The notes beneath the pieces were generated by a model that was given only the letters and a program-made list of their open reading frames with translations, was not told where the DNA came from and made no database searches. Shown piece after piece: positions 39,190 to 52,300 of a stretch of DNA of 64,000 nt. A program made the translations under genes and the position numbers. Source of the DNA: Vicugna vicugna (lineage: Eukaryota); contig MU058037.1 in the NCBI GenBank assembly GCA_013265495.1, positions 621,498 through 685,497 on the forward strand, read 5' to 3'. Numbering within the stretch: the stretch's first letter is position 1; each line of letters begins with the position of its first letter.

Positions 39190-40200
39190 GTAAAGATAAC
39201 ATCACGGGCATCTAACTTGTGTGGTCATACGGAGTCCTATGCTGTCACTGGGTCTCACCCTTGGTTTAATCCCCTGATGTCACAGTTTTGAAATTTTTAA
39301 TAACTTTATCCTTGAATGTGTGTTTTCTAAGTAAACTCCAAGGAGACATGTGCAATATGTTTGTCTACTATTCCTTGCCCCCCTCTTCACATATTGCGTT
39401 CAAGATGCCCCACAGACACAGAATTCCAGTGGACCCATGATGCGTGCAGTTCAGTGAGACTCAAAACAAGCCTGAGATCAGTGTGGTACATCTGTGACTG
39501 AATCAGCAGGGAGTAGGGGCTGCTGACAGCCTGGGAAGAGAATGCTGTCTCTTCCAACAGAAAGCTGCTTTTGACACACAGAAAGAAGGTGAGGGTGTTC
39601 TAGGAAACATGTGGAATCAAAGAACCTTGTCATATCCTTTCTTATTCATCTACTTTCCTGTCCTAGCCAACCACCGACACTGAAAATGATGACATAGAAG
39701 GCAAGGGAAAGATAGGGCGACCCATAGTTCCTGTTCCTTCTCCTTTTAGTCCTCCATCCTTACTCATCAGTAAACTGAAGGTAGAAAATGTTGCTAAATG
39801 GGCTCCTATCAAGAAGTGATGCAAACACAATTGGCTTAGTTTTGTGCAGCATTTCCACTCTTCTGGTAAAAGCTTGTATAAGCTATGAAAATGAATTGTG
39901 TAATTTCTGTGATTCTGTAAACAAGTTAAGTGCGCCGATGTTTGCATTTCAGACTGGCATCGCACCATATAAAGACGAACAGTCAAGTGCATGCTAATGA
40001 AAATTTTTAATTTTGCTTTACTTAGAATAACATTAAATAGCAAATTTAAAACACCATCGTAAGTTGAGAGAGAGTGAGAAACCATACAAGAAAGGGAAAA
40101 CTGTATATTTTACTACCTTTCATGGCAATTTTTTTCTGCTTTTTGAACAAGATTTCCCACTTTCATTTTGCACTGGACCCCACAAATTTTAGGTGGTGCT
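39190..40200 (+). mobile_element. MER45B-like hAT-Tip100 non-autonomous element
   Basis: 5' CTTGGTTTAAT...TTGAAATTTTTAATAA; 3' TTTTTGAACAAG...TTTCATTTTGCACTGGACCCCACAAATT; about 1 kb. Confidence 0.8.
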
Positions 40201-41814
40201 ACTTGAGGGTAAAAAGCACCCAGAAACATAGAGGTGAGCTTCTTGACTAAAACAGATCAGGAAACAATGAATGACTGGATTGGAGAGAAGACGTGAGCGC
40301 ATGACCTTTGAAGGCCAAGCTTGAAAGAACATAATTTATTACAGAAGCCAAGGGGACCACCACATTGTTGAACAAAAGATGAATTCTTCCTATGTATTAT
40401 GATACATCGAAATGATACAGTTTTAAATACTGATAGAACTCTAAACGCAAATTGCAAACAAGCAAGCAAAGAGCCAGCAAAACAGCACCTTGGGTTCTGG
40501 AGCAGTGGACAGGGATAATAAATAGAAATGAACTGGAGGCTGGGACAGCAGCTGCAAGAAGGGGCATTTGACAGAGCCTTCAGAATATTAAAGAGACATT
40601 TAAGATCTAAGAATAAAGCCTCAGCAGTGGGCCCTTTAATCTTAGAAGACCCATCATTTCACATTTAGTCTCTCTTTTAAACGTGGCTGTTACCTGAGGT
40701 GACTTCTCCTTCCAGTCTTTTCTCAGAAAGGTCTCTTTTGAGCAGAAAAGGCAAAGTTATCCTTTTATTATTTTTTTCAAGGAGCACATGGAACCTGCAC
40801 TGCCTCAACCCATGGGCTTGAAGCTTTTCTCAGAGCTACAGCCCTTGGGCAGAGCGAGGTCAAGCTGCACTGCACGAGGCCCTGTGGACGAAAGATAAAC
40901 ACCCAGATACCAGCATAATTACTCTGGAGAGCAGACATCGCGCTGTTTCTTTTCCTGCCTTGTCTAGCCATCTCCTCCCCTTGTTGTCATATTCATGCTT
41001 GAAGGAGCAGATGTTGTTCATGCTCTGTGTTGCTATAAAAAGCCAGCCTTTTGCCCTCCTTGCCCATCAAACACCACTCACTTCAGGCTGATGATGGCTC
41101 CGTGGGTGATAGGTGCATTTGATCAGCTGGCCATTGCTCCAGTGTGACAGATGAGCCATCTCCAGAGGTCAGCACCTTTGAGCCATGCCCTGTGTTAACA
41201 GGGAAGAGGCAGTGCCCATGAGGAGGAAGCACTTTGTTATGACTGTAGCCCAACTTCCAACCTCATTCCCTTCCAATTTCCCCTGGCTCTGAACATGGAA
41301 GACACTTTCCTTCCAAAGGCTGCTTTATAAAGAGTGAACTCTCTCTAATTTATTTAGCTTTTCTTGTGCCAATATCCTAATAGTTAGACGGCAACTCCCA
41401 GTAAGTGGTTGATTACATTCAAGCAAATACACAGCTGAGCAATTAAGTGCATTCGCTTGCACCTTAGCAGACCTGAGGTGGTAGGATTATCTCATAGAAA
41501 TAATTATGGCTGCTCTACCCTGCCTTGCTGTCGTTTGGGAAAAATTGGCTCTTGAAGTTGGCTTTGGGTCAAGTGGGCTGTTGCCTGGCTGTTTCTAACT
41601 GAGAACTATTTCAGTGTATTTTTGTTGTTGTTGTTGTTGTGAAATTAGCTTTACACTAAATGCCATGCAGGTCTTTTGCAAAACAGAGTCTTTCCAACTG
41701 AGAACAGAGATCCCCATGCCCCATATAGACTTGGTAAGTTAGGTGATTTTGTATATATTATGTGTATTTTAATTTTCAAAGGAATGTTTGCAAGCATTTC
41801 CTTGGAAGCATCCC

Positions 41815-41995
41815 AGTCTAGTGGAAAGAACAGTTGAGATACAGGAAAACAGCATATCCCAAGTCTTCTGCTAATTGTGTGGGTGACCTTAACAAGCCAG
41901 TCATGTCTTTGTACCTCAGTTTTCCTTAGATTATTACCTCCCTCAGAGGGTGGTTGTGAGATGGAAATGAACAGTGCATAAGAAAATGATGTATG
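41815..41995 (+). mobile_element. MIR SINE
   Basis: GTGACCTTAACAAGCC...GTACCTCAGTTTTCC...GGTGGTTGTGAGAT. Confidence 0.7.
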
Positions 41996-43469
41996 GGCTG
42001 TTGGTTTTAGGTCCTGCTCTGTTCGATGGGTACAACCAGTTCAACAGGAATAATTTGTTCACCTGAAGGATTTTGTTCTGAAGGAGTGAGGTGAGATTAG
42101 CCAGGACCAGATACTGTAATAATAACATAACTTACATAACAGGAAAATGAGGGTGTGGGCGGGGAGATTAACATTTGTTAAATGCCTCAGTGTCAGTCGC
42201 ATGCACTGTACCTCACTGAACCTGCACGGTGACTCAACACATGATTTGTGTCATAATCACCTTCCCGTGGCTGTGACAGGAAGAGAGAGAAAACCAGGGT
42301 ACCTGGGTAATTTTTTTGATGTTAAGAAACAGAATTGGCCAAGGTAAAAAAAAATGAAGAACTGCTTTAGTATGAAGGAAATAAATAGTAGAAGTGTGCG
42401 AAAGTGGTGATAATAGCTAACATTTCAAAAAGCAGCCCCGTATAAGCAGGAGCAGTGGGGCCAGGGCTGAATAGAAACAAAGCGGCAACAAATCATGCAT
42501 GGAAAAAAGATAAAGAAAACTGATCTTAAAACAATTAATTACAAGGTATGGTAATTGTCCCTCGAAGTATTGTCACCTCTTTTATTAACTAATATTTTAC
42601 TATGGATATACTCAGGTATATAAGCTGAATGCAAATTCATTTATTAGTTCTGATCTAAATAAATTATAAGCATGTATATTGAGTATTATATCATCAAATC
42701 TCTCAGTTATCCACACACAGTCCTGCTGGGTCTAATTTCTTTGTGTACAATTGACTTATGCTACTTATTCAAAGTGAAATCATAGAGCTTGTAGGAACCA
42801 GAGAGTTTCTGTCAAAACTGGATGGCCGCTCCCAAGCCCGATGTAGTCCCTTCACCCCACGAGCAGGCTTGTTGTAGGCCAACACCAGTCTAGAGGGAGG
42901 GCAACAAGAGAGTATTTCATTAGTAATCTAGGCTCCCTTTCTGTTGTTAAACCCTTCTCTTGTAAACCTAAGCCATCTGGTCTATGATACAATGTTTATA
43001 TTCATAGATAAACTATAACAACTTTTTCTTGATAGCTAATGAACTAATACGTAAATTGTCCAGCACATCACAAGTGTTCAAAACAGATGGCCACTTGGGT
43101 GCCATTGCCGTTATTATGAAGATGATCCTTCCTTTTTCCTTTTTGAAAATGGAGAATCATGAAATTAAATGCATTGTTTAATCAATTTATATAGTGTGAA
43201 AGTACTTCTTATAGTTTTCCATCATTGATAACTAAGTCAATAAATTAATAAATGTCACAACTCTAGAACTCAAGATGACACAGGATTTCAACATTTGCAT
43301 GGTTCATTTCTAACAGACAATTCCACTTTACTGCAGTGATGGGGCGTTGTGCTCCAGTGCTTAGATCTCACAGCAGAACAGTGCTTTGGCCCCTAGTTAT
43401 GAGCACCTCTCTCCCTGCTACTCTCAAAAACTGGATTGCAATCAGATGCAAATCACTCCTGCCATTGTA

Positions 43470-43745
43470 TTATTTCTGTAGAGATGCGCACTGACTGCAT
43501 GTCCGGACAAGATGCTGGGTGAGGGGACTGAGACACGCAGTATCAGATATGAATCTGGCCCTCAGAAAACTTACCATGGAGTAAGGGCGAAACAATGTAA
43601 CCTTGTAAATATTGTGTATGATAGGAACTTGCCTGTCTTAAGACAAGTACAAAAAGAGTAGAGTTTATTTTCACAGAGGAGATGGCTAGCTGGGGAATCA
43701 TGGAGAAGGTGGCAACTAAGCTTAGAGCTGAGGGAAGGGTGCCGC
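43470..43745 (-). mobile_element. L2 3' fragment
   Basis: Antisense L2 tail pattern (TGCTGGG...GGCCCTCAGAAAACTTAC...ATGGAGAAGGTGGCA). Confidence 0.5.
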
Positions 43746-45118
43746 GATTGGTCCAACAGTCAGAATTATTATCAGACATGTCCCCTGCTGCCCTCACCCC
43801 CTCGTATTTTTACCCTTAATTTAGGTACAACGTTTCTGTACACACGCATGCTGACAGAGTGAATAACAAAGTTATTGTGTGTGCCCCAGTATCCCCGTAT
43901 ATCTGATATGTCCCTTAAGGACATTATTTCCTGGGGGACAGTCCCTATAGGAGATATCCAGACACCCATTGGGTCCCCTACAAATATCAACAGTCATTAA
44001 GAACAAGATTTTAGGGGATAACTCATTATTGTTTTATTATATGTGGGTCGACACAGGCACTCTCTGGCCTCAGCTAGTTTCCACCTTTCTTCTCTGACGC
44101 CTTGGTATGTCCTCATGTTCCACGGAGAGCCCCGTTTCTAACCAAGTGACTGAGCAGAGTAGAGGATGAGTGGGACTGTGAACACATCTAAGGGAATCCG
44201 TCAGCGTGGTAGTACTTGTGCCTCCTGGGTCCTGGCGAGGAAGCAGAGCACGGCGGTACAAGTGATTGTGGGCTGTGTGAAGAGATTTGGAGTATGCTTA
44301 GCAGTGGGAGGCCTAACAGCCTTACAGGCTCCAGAATGACACTTCTGTGCTCAAGAGTGGCATGGAAGTTCAAGTGGCTACAGGGTAAGCCTAGGTAGAG
44401 AAAGCCTTAAACCATCTCAAGGTATTTCCTGGGAGTGAAGTAATCTGTGCGCTCAAAGGTGACATGAACGTAGCAGGAATTGGCACCACGTCCTAAAGAG
44501 TATTGCCAATGGGATCAGAGTGTAGGTGCGCCACATCATGTGTGCCACAGGCCATTTGTTAAAATTCTTTTTCTGCCCTTTCTTTTGTATTAAAAGTTTT
44601 GGGCTACTCCAGCCTGACATCTTTCTCCATGATATAGTTCATGTACTTCCAGTGGTGCACCTTGACAGAGCAAGCACTTCTGACTGTTTATGAAATAAAT
44701 TTTATTGCAACAGGAAGGGAAAAAAATTATTCCTCCTTTCCGGCAGTTGCAGAAAGGCAGTGGCATTTTGCATTATAAAAGTATACGATCAGTGTTATTT
44801 GTGAATCAGGAATCTCAAAAAGTAAAATAAAGACACTTGGACTTAAGAGAATATTGCTATGTCCTATAAAGGTTTTTATTAGCTTATAAGAAGATTGTAA
44901 TTCCAATTATATTCCTTACAAATCTGATGCCTTGCCATTAATACTTATTGGATTCTCTGTTTTACAAAAAGTATAAAAGCACGCGAATTGTTTTCCTTAT
45001 AACAGAAGGGAGTCTATGGAAGCACACACAGATTTTAAAAAATTATTGCCACAGGTTGGGTTCCCTAGGAAGCAGACAGAATTTAGGACACAGGATGCTC
45101 ATTAAGGAGTATCCTTGG

Positions 45119-45729
45119 AGATGGAGAAGATGGTGGAGTAGAATACAGAATTTTTTTTTCTTTCTTTTTTAAATTTTTTTTAACAGTAGGATGGGTTTGA
45201 GATCATGTTACTATCAGTTTAATAAAAACAGTTATAGTAATGGGTTAATAGATTTACAAAAAAGAGTAACCACAAGTCAAAAATTTACAAGGGAGTCACA
45301 AAAATTAAATAAAATCCGTGATAATACAAAGGAAAATTACCAAACCACAAAAGGAAGAAGAAAGGAACAAAGAGGATATACCAATTCAACTGCACATATA
45401 AGTTCATTTATACAATGGAATACTACTCAGCCATAAAAACCGACAACATAATGCCATTTGCAGCAACATGGATGCTCCTAGAGAATGTCATTCTAAGTGA
45501 AGTAAGTCAGAAAGAGAAAGAAAAATACCATATGAGATCGCTCATATGTGGAATCTAAAGACTCATGGACAGAGAATACAGACTTGTGGTTACCAGGGGG
45601 GTAGAGGGTGGGAAGGGATAGACTGGGATTTCAAAATTGTAGAATAGATAAACAAGATTACACTGTATAGCACAGGGAAATATACACAAAATGTTATGAT
45701 AAATCACAGAGAAAAAAATGTGAAAAAAA
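45119..45729 (+). mobile_element. Young, multiply internally deleted L1 derivative (611 bp)
   Basis: Perfect 15-bp TSD AAGGAGTATCCTTGG (45104-45118, 45730-45744) after TT. 45406-45558 encodes IYTMEYYSAIKTDNIMPFAATWMLLENVILSEVSQKEKEKYHMRSLICGI*, the L1 ORF2p C-terminus. Short A tail. Confidence 0.9.
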
Positions 45730-45927
45730 AAGGAGTATCCTTGGGGCCAAACCCTGTGGAAGGAAGTGGGTGGGGGAAGAAAGCAGAATTGGGTGATGGA
45801 AAGGATGTGTTATGATGTGAGCCTGACAGTCACCTCAGCCAACCCCAGGAAAATCCCTTCTGAGTTATCCTGACTTAGCCAGGCCTTTCCCCTCCCATAT
45901 AATCAGTCTTTGGAAATGGGTCACCAT

Positions 45928-46153
45928 GTGGGAGTGTGCTGGAGCTAGCTCATCCCAGCTCCCATGAGCTGACTGTGGGCATTCCCGTCCCCGTGTTCAG
46001 TGAAGTCAGTCATATCAGTAGCTTGAAGTCAGCAATGGAGGGAGTATTTACATCATGAAAATAAAAAAAGTCAATCAGAAAAGGTTACAAATCAGAGTTT
46101 GTTTGTTTGTTTGATTGGAGAGTCGGTTCTTAAACATTTACCAGAGCACCGTT
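45928..46153 (+). mobile_element. MER63A-like MITE nested in LTR16
   Basis: GTGTGCTGGAGC...GTAGCTTGAAGTCAGC..GGGAGTATTTACA...TAAACATTTACCAGAGCACCGTTG. Confidence 0.8.
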
Positions 46154-47509
46154 GCTACCACAAGAAGGAGTTTGGTCTTGAGTGAAGCATCACTCTGTAA
46201 CTGAGGCAACCCTGAAGGGGCTGAGAGTGGAAGGCCATATTCTGATGGCACTTCCAGCAGCTGGGGCTACACAGTGTCCACCACAACTATGATTCTGTTG
46301 GTTTTCTATTGAAACAAAGAGTTAAAGAGTCTTTGATTCATTTAAGTTAACACATCATGTCTCACAAACTGGAGAAGTAAACTGAACAGGGAACACATGA
46401 CTGAGTATGGCGAACCCACACTGAGCTCAGATATGAGCAGACAAAGGAAATAAAGTTAACATCCTTTGGGGACTTCATGAGGATTCTGGATACTTCTGGC
46501 TTATGCCTCTAGGTTGTTGGGAACTATGTCACTAAAGAAATACTTTTGCTAGAAAAGTATTGAAAAAATTTAATTATATAGTATAGGTTTAGATTTCTGT
46601 TGCTATTAATGTTTTCTTGGGGCTTTTAGCAATTTGGGCATGAAGGGTGAATTCACAAAATAGTCTAACATGGAACTCAAAGAACTGAGTTGAGCAGGTT
46701 AAAACCAAGATGTAAACTGAGACAAGTGGCGGTCATCATTCTTTATGAAAACAGAGACCCTTGGCACTCCAAATGCACGAGATTTTATACCACTGCTGAG
46801 TAGATTGTCTTTCCTCAGTAACAATTTGCTGCCGCCCCTCTGGAGGATAAATATAAGGTTTAAAGTTTGGATGATGAAGAGCTGAGGGCAGGAGGGCAAA
46901 TGTCCTCTCTCTTCGAAATGCTTTAACCCCTTGCCATGTAGTTTTAAGAAGCCAGATATTGTTGGCAGGATACGAGAATATGGAGATACCAACATCGAAA
47001 TGGGTGTGATTGATACACAACACACAACCACTAGGGCACGCACTCTGTCTTAACCTTTTCAGTAATGGGAGTGGATTTGCTGTCATGCTGCAGTTGTGAG
47101 CCCTAGTGCACACTGTCAAGGTGGCTGCTTGGAGTTTAGAGTACAATTGGAGCTCTTGGGGGGGAACCAGTCTAACCCATTTTCTCTGGAAGTAAATGTA
47201 TTATAAACTTAAGCTTAGCCCTGTGGTACAGGCAGTTGACATTTATGCCCCTAACATGACTTAAACTATAGATTCCAAACCCTTAATTTGATATCTTTTC
47301 TCTAATCAGTTGGCATCATAAGTAATTTGTGGTATCACCTATAGGATGTCTGCTCTTACATCTTGGGAATTGCCCTAAAAATCTCTCAGTTTTTAAAATA
47401 GCTGCCTACCAGTATTCCAGTTCCTGGGAGCACTTGGCTTAGAGTTTTCCTAAGAGCGTTTTATAGTTTTTCACTTGCGCTCTTGGAAATAGAGGTTTCC
47501 TAGTACCCA

Positions 47510-47740
47510 ATAATAGTAATAGTTTTTTAATTTAATTATCATGTGCTAGGCACTGGTTCTATATATTTTATACATCAACTCCTTCATTCTTATAACAGAG
47601 CCATGAAGTAGGTACATATCATCAATATCATCCCCATTATGCATAGAAAGTCAAAAGTCACAAAGCTAATGAATGACAGAACAAGGATTTGAGTCTAGAA
47701 GTCTTTCTTCAGAGCTCACGCTCTTAACTACTATGCTATA
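47510..47740 (-). mobile_element. MIR SINE
   Basis: ATGTGCTAGGCACTG...AGGATTTGAGTCTAG...CAGAGCTCACGCTCTTAACTACTATGC. Confidence 0.8.
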
Positions 47741-48079
47741 ATATATCTCAACATAAATTTACTTTACAGACTGCATCTCTTCATGTCCTTTTGTGTCTGT
47801 CACAGGAACCCAGCAAAGTGCCCCTGCCTAAAATTATACACTAAGATAGTGGAAGGAGTATGACTGAAATTCAGAATCTAACTGTCACATTGCTAAGTTA
47901 TCTTACTGCCTGTGTCATTAAAAGAAGTCCATCTAAAAAGAGAGTGTTATCATGTGAGAGGTTGCTCTTCAGTTATTTTGTTCTTCCTGTTGAAAAATTC
48001 TATCTACTAATGGAGTAGCCAATCAAATGCTCTTAAGTTGTCTTCTCTTGAGAGAGAGGGAAAGGTAGAGTGTAGACAG

Positions 48080-48238
48080 CAGTGTTTCTCCAACTTTAAT
48101 ATGAAAATTAGTCAACTGGAGGTCTTCACTAAAATGCAAATCCTGATTCTGCTGACTCAGGTAGGACCAGATAGTCTGCATTTCTACCAAGTGCCTGGTT
48201 GATGCTGATGCTGTGGTCCTCCATGTTGAGTAGCAAGG
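48080..48238. mobile_element. MER5-family hAT-Charlie MITE
   Basis: CAGTGTTTCTCCAACTT...AAAATGCAAATCCTGATTC...TCTGCATTTCTACCAAG...GATGCTGATGCTG. Confidence 0.8.
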
Positions 48239-50219
48239 ACGTAGGGTGGAAGAGCTCCCCCTAGAGGTTAATAACGATGCTGGTGAGGAAAAAGGGAAGA
48301 TTGCACCAGAGACCAATCAATGGCACAAAAATAGGATGGGAGAAAATTAGTTTGGGGGAAGCAGAAGTGAAGAACCATTCAATGCATTTTGGTTTACTTC
48401 ACATAGAGTGTGATGCAACGTGACCACTAAAGTATGTCAGATGAGAGATGTGGGCACATTGTGCCTAGAGAAATGTATTCGATTCAGGCTAATAAAGGCG
48501 TAAGTGTAGATGTTCCATCTTTAACCCTAAGGTTCTACAATTATGATGGTTATGGCAGGCATCGTGTTTTTCATATATTCTAAACAGGAAAACTTAGCAA
48601 CTTACTATCAACTTTCCATTATCTGTACATAACTAACCTACTTTGTGGATGATCCTCTAGAAACTCATTTACCCTTCATTATGTTTTGGGTGCTTTCCTC
48701 TACTCTCAGATTGTTTGTGTCCTGAGATCATTAGTTAGTTCAATGTCGTCTTAAAAAAAAACACAGTAAATAATACTTCAAAGTCAAATTATATAATTAT
48801 TTAATTAGTAGCTACTTGGAATTTATATATGAGGTGTGGGTATAGGTGTGTGTGTGTGTAATTTCTGCTAGAAAAAAATATTGGCGTGTAATATGCCCTT
48901 TAACAATTCCTGAGCCATTAACCAAGGCCTTAAGATCTTTCTGTGGTGGGATGAATGAGCAAAGATATATGTTTGATTTATTAAAATTCTTGAATAAATT
49001 TAACTCAACTCGGTGAAAAAACATATTCTGTCCTTAAGAATGAAAATTTTCAAAGCTGCTGTTGTGACAAGTTAGATCATTTGGAAAATGAGGGATTGAA
49101 TGGATAAAGAAGCCAAATTTCAGAGACACGCCCAAATTTGACAGCTCACCTGTATCAGGCTGTCATTCAAAATGTTAACTGAGAAAAGCAATTAACACTT
49201 CACCTGTATGGGCTAACATGTTTATTCATTAGTAAGGTTAAAAACCCATTTTGTATTTTATGGAAGATTTATGCAAATAATAGAAAGCAATTAAGATGTT
49301 TCTTGCCCAGATGTCACTATCAATTATGAGGCGGATTCCTGTAGACTGAAGATGAGCATGGGGCTTACTTAAAGGGAAGTTAAAAATATAATCAAGGGAA
49401 CCTATGACAGAAAAGTATACGTATGATAGTTGGAGAATGAAGAAAAAACGAAACCTAACCTCTGATCTGTCTGAAAGTTCTGAAGAAAACTGTTTACCAC
49501 TTAGAGATAAAGTAAAGCATGTCAGAATGAGCTGGGGGAGAGAAGAGCCAGAGAAATAGGCAGGCGAGCCAGGAGGCTGACAGCATGGACCTGCAGGTGA
49601 ATTTGAATGAGACCTGGGTAAAGAGAGACATCGAGAAGCAGTGGGACGGAACCACTAAAGTGCAGAGATAGGAAAGGAGAATGTGTAAACGAAAGCTTCA
49701 GGTACCCATGGCACGAGTGATTTCAAGAACTATTGAATCAGGGTGGATAAGTCCCTATTTCTAAACCACAGCTTACAGGAAAGCTGGAGACGGTTATCTG
49801 ACAACCGCCTCAAGTGCCCAAGGAGAATGAGAGGGGCACTTGGAGCCAGGCTGGGACCAAGTCCTGTCTGCAATTAAAAACAAGACAAAAGCCACTCCTC
49901 AAAGTTGGGCTTTTTGTTTCTTTTTAATGTTAAAAAATATGGGATGAAATCATCCAACTATATCTACCTCTCTTTTTCAGGAAAGTTATTTATTCATGGG
50001 AATGTTTTTCTCATTTTCACTTCTAATTGATAATGTCCTAGACTCTTTTCCTTAGTACTTACGTTTTCGTATTAGTGTGTCTGAATATTCATCTAGTTTG
50101 CCATTGGGAGGACTACAGAATGATTCTGTGAGTTCCTAGATTTGACATCATTTTGCTTTTTCTGGAAAAGACCAAAGGTGATATTCTAACTCATGAAATG
50201 CACGTCATGAGCGCAGATC

Positions 50220-50390
50220 AGTTATGTTTGGGTCTATACGTCAGAATCATCTGGGAGTACTCTACTGATGCCTTGGTCCCCTCCCTGATACATTTTCATT
50301 TTATTACTGTGATGTGGTACTGGGGCCTTGGCACTCTTGGAAAACTCTGCAAATGATTTTAATGTGTAGCCAGGGTGGAGAACCAATGGT
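50220..50390. mobile_element. MER5-family hAT-Charlie MITE
   Basis: TCAGAATCATCTGGGAG...TGATTTTAATGTGTAGCCAGGGTGGAGAACCAATG. Confidence 0.75.
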
Positions 50391-50901
50391 TTAGGTATGG
50401 CAGACACAATACCAAATAAGAGCATAATATAGTATTTGCAAAAAGGAAAAGATTAAAATCTTAGAAATAAACTATTGATAACCACACCATGCCGGTACTA
50501 TTGACAGCAATGGAAAACTTCAAAGAAAACGGTAATAATCACAAGAAGCGCCAGTGCTCAGAGCGAGCGCTCATTAAGAGAAATAAGGATTTAACTATTT
50601 TTCATAGATCTCACTTTAATAATGTTTAAAGATTCATCTTTTCAATGTGATCAGCTGACTAAGGAAAAGGAAGCTAAGATAATCTCTTATTAACTAGCAT
50701 ATTTCATTAGCAGTGGAGAAAAAAGAGATGAATGGTGGTTTCCTGTCTAACAACTTATATTTCCTATCAATTTGAGGTGTGATTTTTTATTAGGCCAGTT
50801 CTGCAGAACATCCTAAATTCTCATAAGCATTATGCTAGTAATTCATATAATTTGCCACCAAGTAGATGATGATGCCTGGATTATGGCCTCATCACATAAA
50901 G

Positions 50902-51110
50902 CAGGAGCCAAGAAATCATTCCGGTAAAGGGCCAGACAGTAAATATTTGAGGCTTTGTAAACCATATGATCTGTTACAACTACTCAACTCCACCATTGCA
51001 GCCGCAGACAGTATGTAAACAAATTGAGGTGACTGTTCCAATAACGCTTTAATTACAAAAGCAGGTGATGGGTCACATTTGTCCTGTAAGCCGTGGTTTG
51101 CCATCCCCTA
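50902..51110 (-). mobile_element. MER58A (hAT-Charlie MITE)
   Basis: GTAAAGGGCCAGACAGTAAATATTT...ACAACTACTCAACTC...GTTTGCCATCCCCT. Confidence 0.85.
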
Positions 51111-51746
51111 GTATAAACAGGTCAACTCTTTTATACTGGTGTGCTAAATTCACACATCAACCTTTTTTTTCTTATCAAAAAATGTAACTCTATCAAAATA
51201 TAATATATGAGGCTTAAATATCATGCTAAGATACAGAACATCATTAAGGAAGTATGAAACTCGGGGAGCAGTTTTTCTCATTAACTTTTAAGCACTTTTA
51301 TTGCTGCTTAATTTAGTTTCAATTCTCTTTCCATGTTAAGGTAGAAGTCACATTTCTCAGTCACCCTAGAATATTTCAAAAGCCAGCCTATTTGCTGTAC
51401 AGATACAGGCAGCAGTGATTTTCAGTTCTTACACTTGGGGCTTTAGAATTCTTGGCTTGTCCTCTTTTCTGTTTCCTTGTCTTGAACTGCCTGCTTACCG
51501 TCATCAAAGAGAAGATACTACATTTCCTTAGTGCTCCCGGTAGCTTTTGGAGCACCTCCTTTGACCCCCATTTATTTTTCCTGCCCTATGGCAAAACCAT
51601 CAGGAAAGAAAAAAATGCATTGTGGAACCATGAGTTGGCATAAAAATCCTATAACCCTTTTTCCAACTGATTTTTTCCCTGCACCCTCACTTTATCACCT
51701 ACCCGAGTAGAGGCCCAGTACCCTAAACTCATCGTCACTGGAAATG

Positions 51747-51872
51747 GATTGTGGTAGTGGTTTCATTGGTGTATACATCTGTAAAAATTCATCAAATTGT
51801 ACATTTGAAATATGTGTAGTTTACTATACAGGAACCATACCACAATAAAGACATTAAAAAAGAAAAGAAAAG
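51747..51872 (+). mobile_element. Short old L1 (L1MC/MD) 3' end
   Basis: GATTGTGGTAGTGGTTTCA..GGTGTATACATCTGT...AAATTGTACA...CAATAAAG plus an A-rich tail. Confidence 0.8.
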
Positions 51873-51879
51873 GAAAACT

Positions 51880-52300
51880 CAGATTAGCACTCGGAGACTA
51901 GGAGAGCAACAGGACATCTCTGTGGATGAAGCAGAGTTAAAGGCTGGTGCCCGAAGTCAGAGGAAATGAGTTGTGCACCAGCAAAAGTCAATGACAGAAG
52001 ATGGCTGTAGACAAAATGCCCACCTCACTTGACTCCTGGAAGCCATGTAAATATTCCCCCTCCTCCTCCATTTCCAGAACTTACCTGCCATTTCAGGGAG
52101 AGAGAGTAGAGGGGAAAAACTCTAAATTAGCTTTAAAAGTATTGAAATGACTCAGTTATTCTGAATATCTAATACTGAGTTTTTGCTGCTAGCTGTAATA
52201 GAGGTTCAAGATAAAAGATAAGTTTAATTTTAGTAAATTCTATGAGAATATCAAAATTTGCACACTTAATGTCTGTAACTACAAAATTTGTTCCTGCTAC
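51880..52300 (+). mobile_element. Possible MamGypLTR-like ancient LTR remnant
   Basis: The 3' end ATTTGCACACTTAATGTCTG...CCTGCTAC resembles mammalian Gypsy-like LTR termini; weak recall only. Confidence 0.35.

Larger units (their letters stand above)
45046..46285 (-). mobile_element. LTR16-like ERVL solo LTR split by an L1 derivative and MER63
   Basis: CAGGTTGGGTTCCCTAGGAAGCAGAC...CTGAGGCAACCCTGAAGGGGCTGA...CCAGCAGCTGGGG...CAGTGTCCACCACA. Confidence 0.8.

Noticed and set aside
52078..52130. Minus-strand pyrimidine tract plus CAG|GTAAGT (recursive splice-site look-alike)
   Set aside because: Purines interrupt the tract just before the AG, it lies in a probable old LTR, and no host transcript is established.
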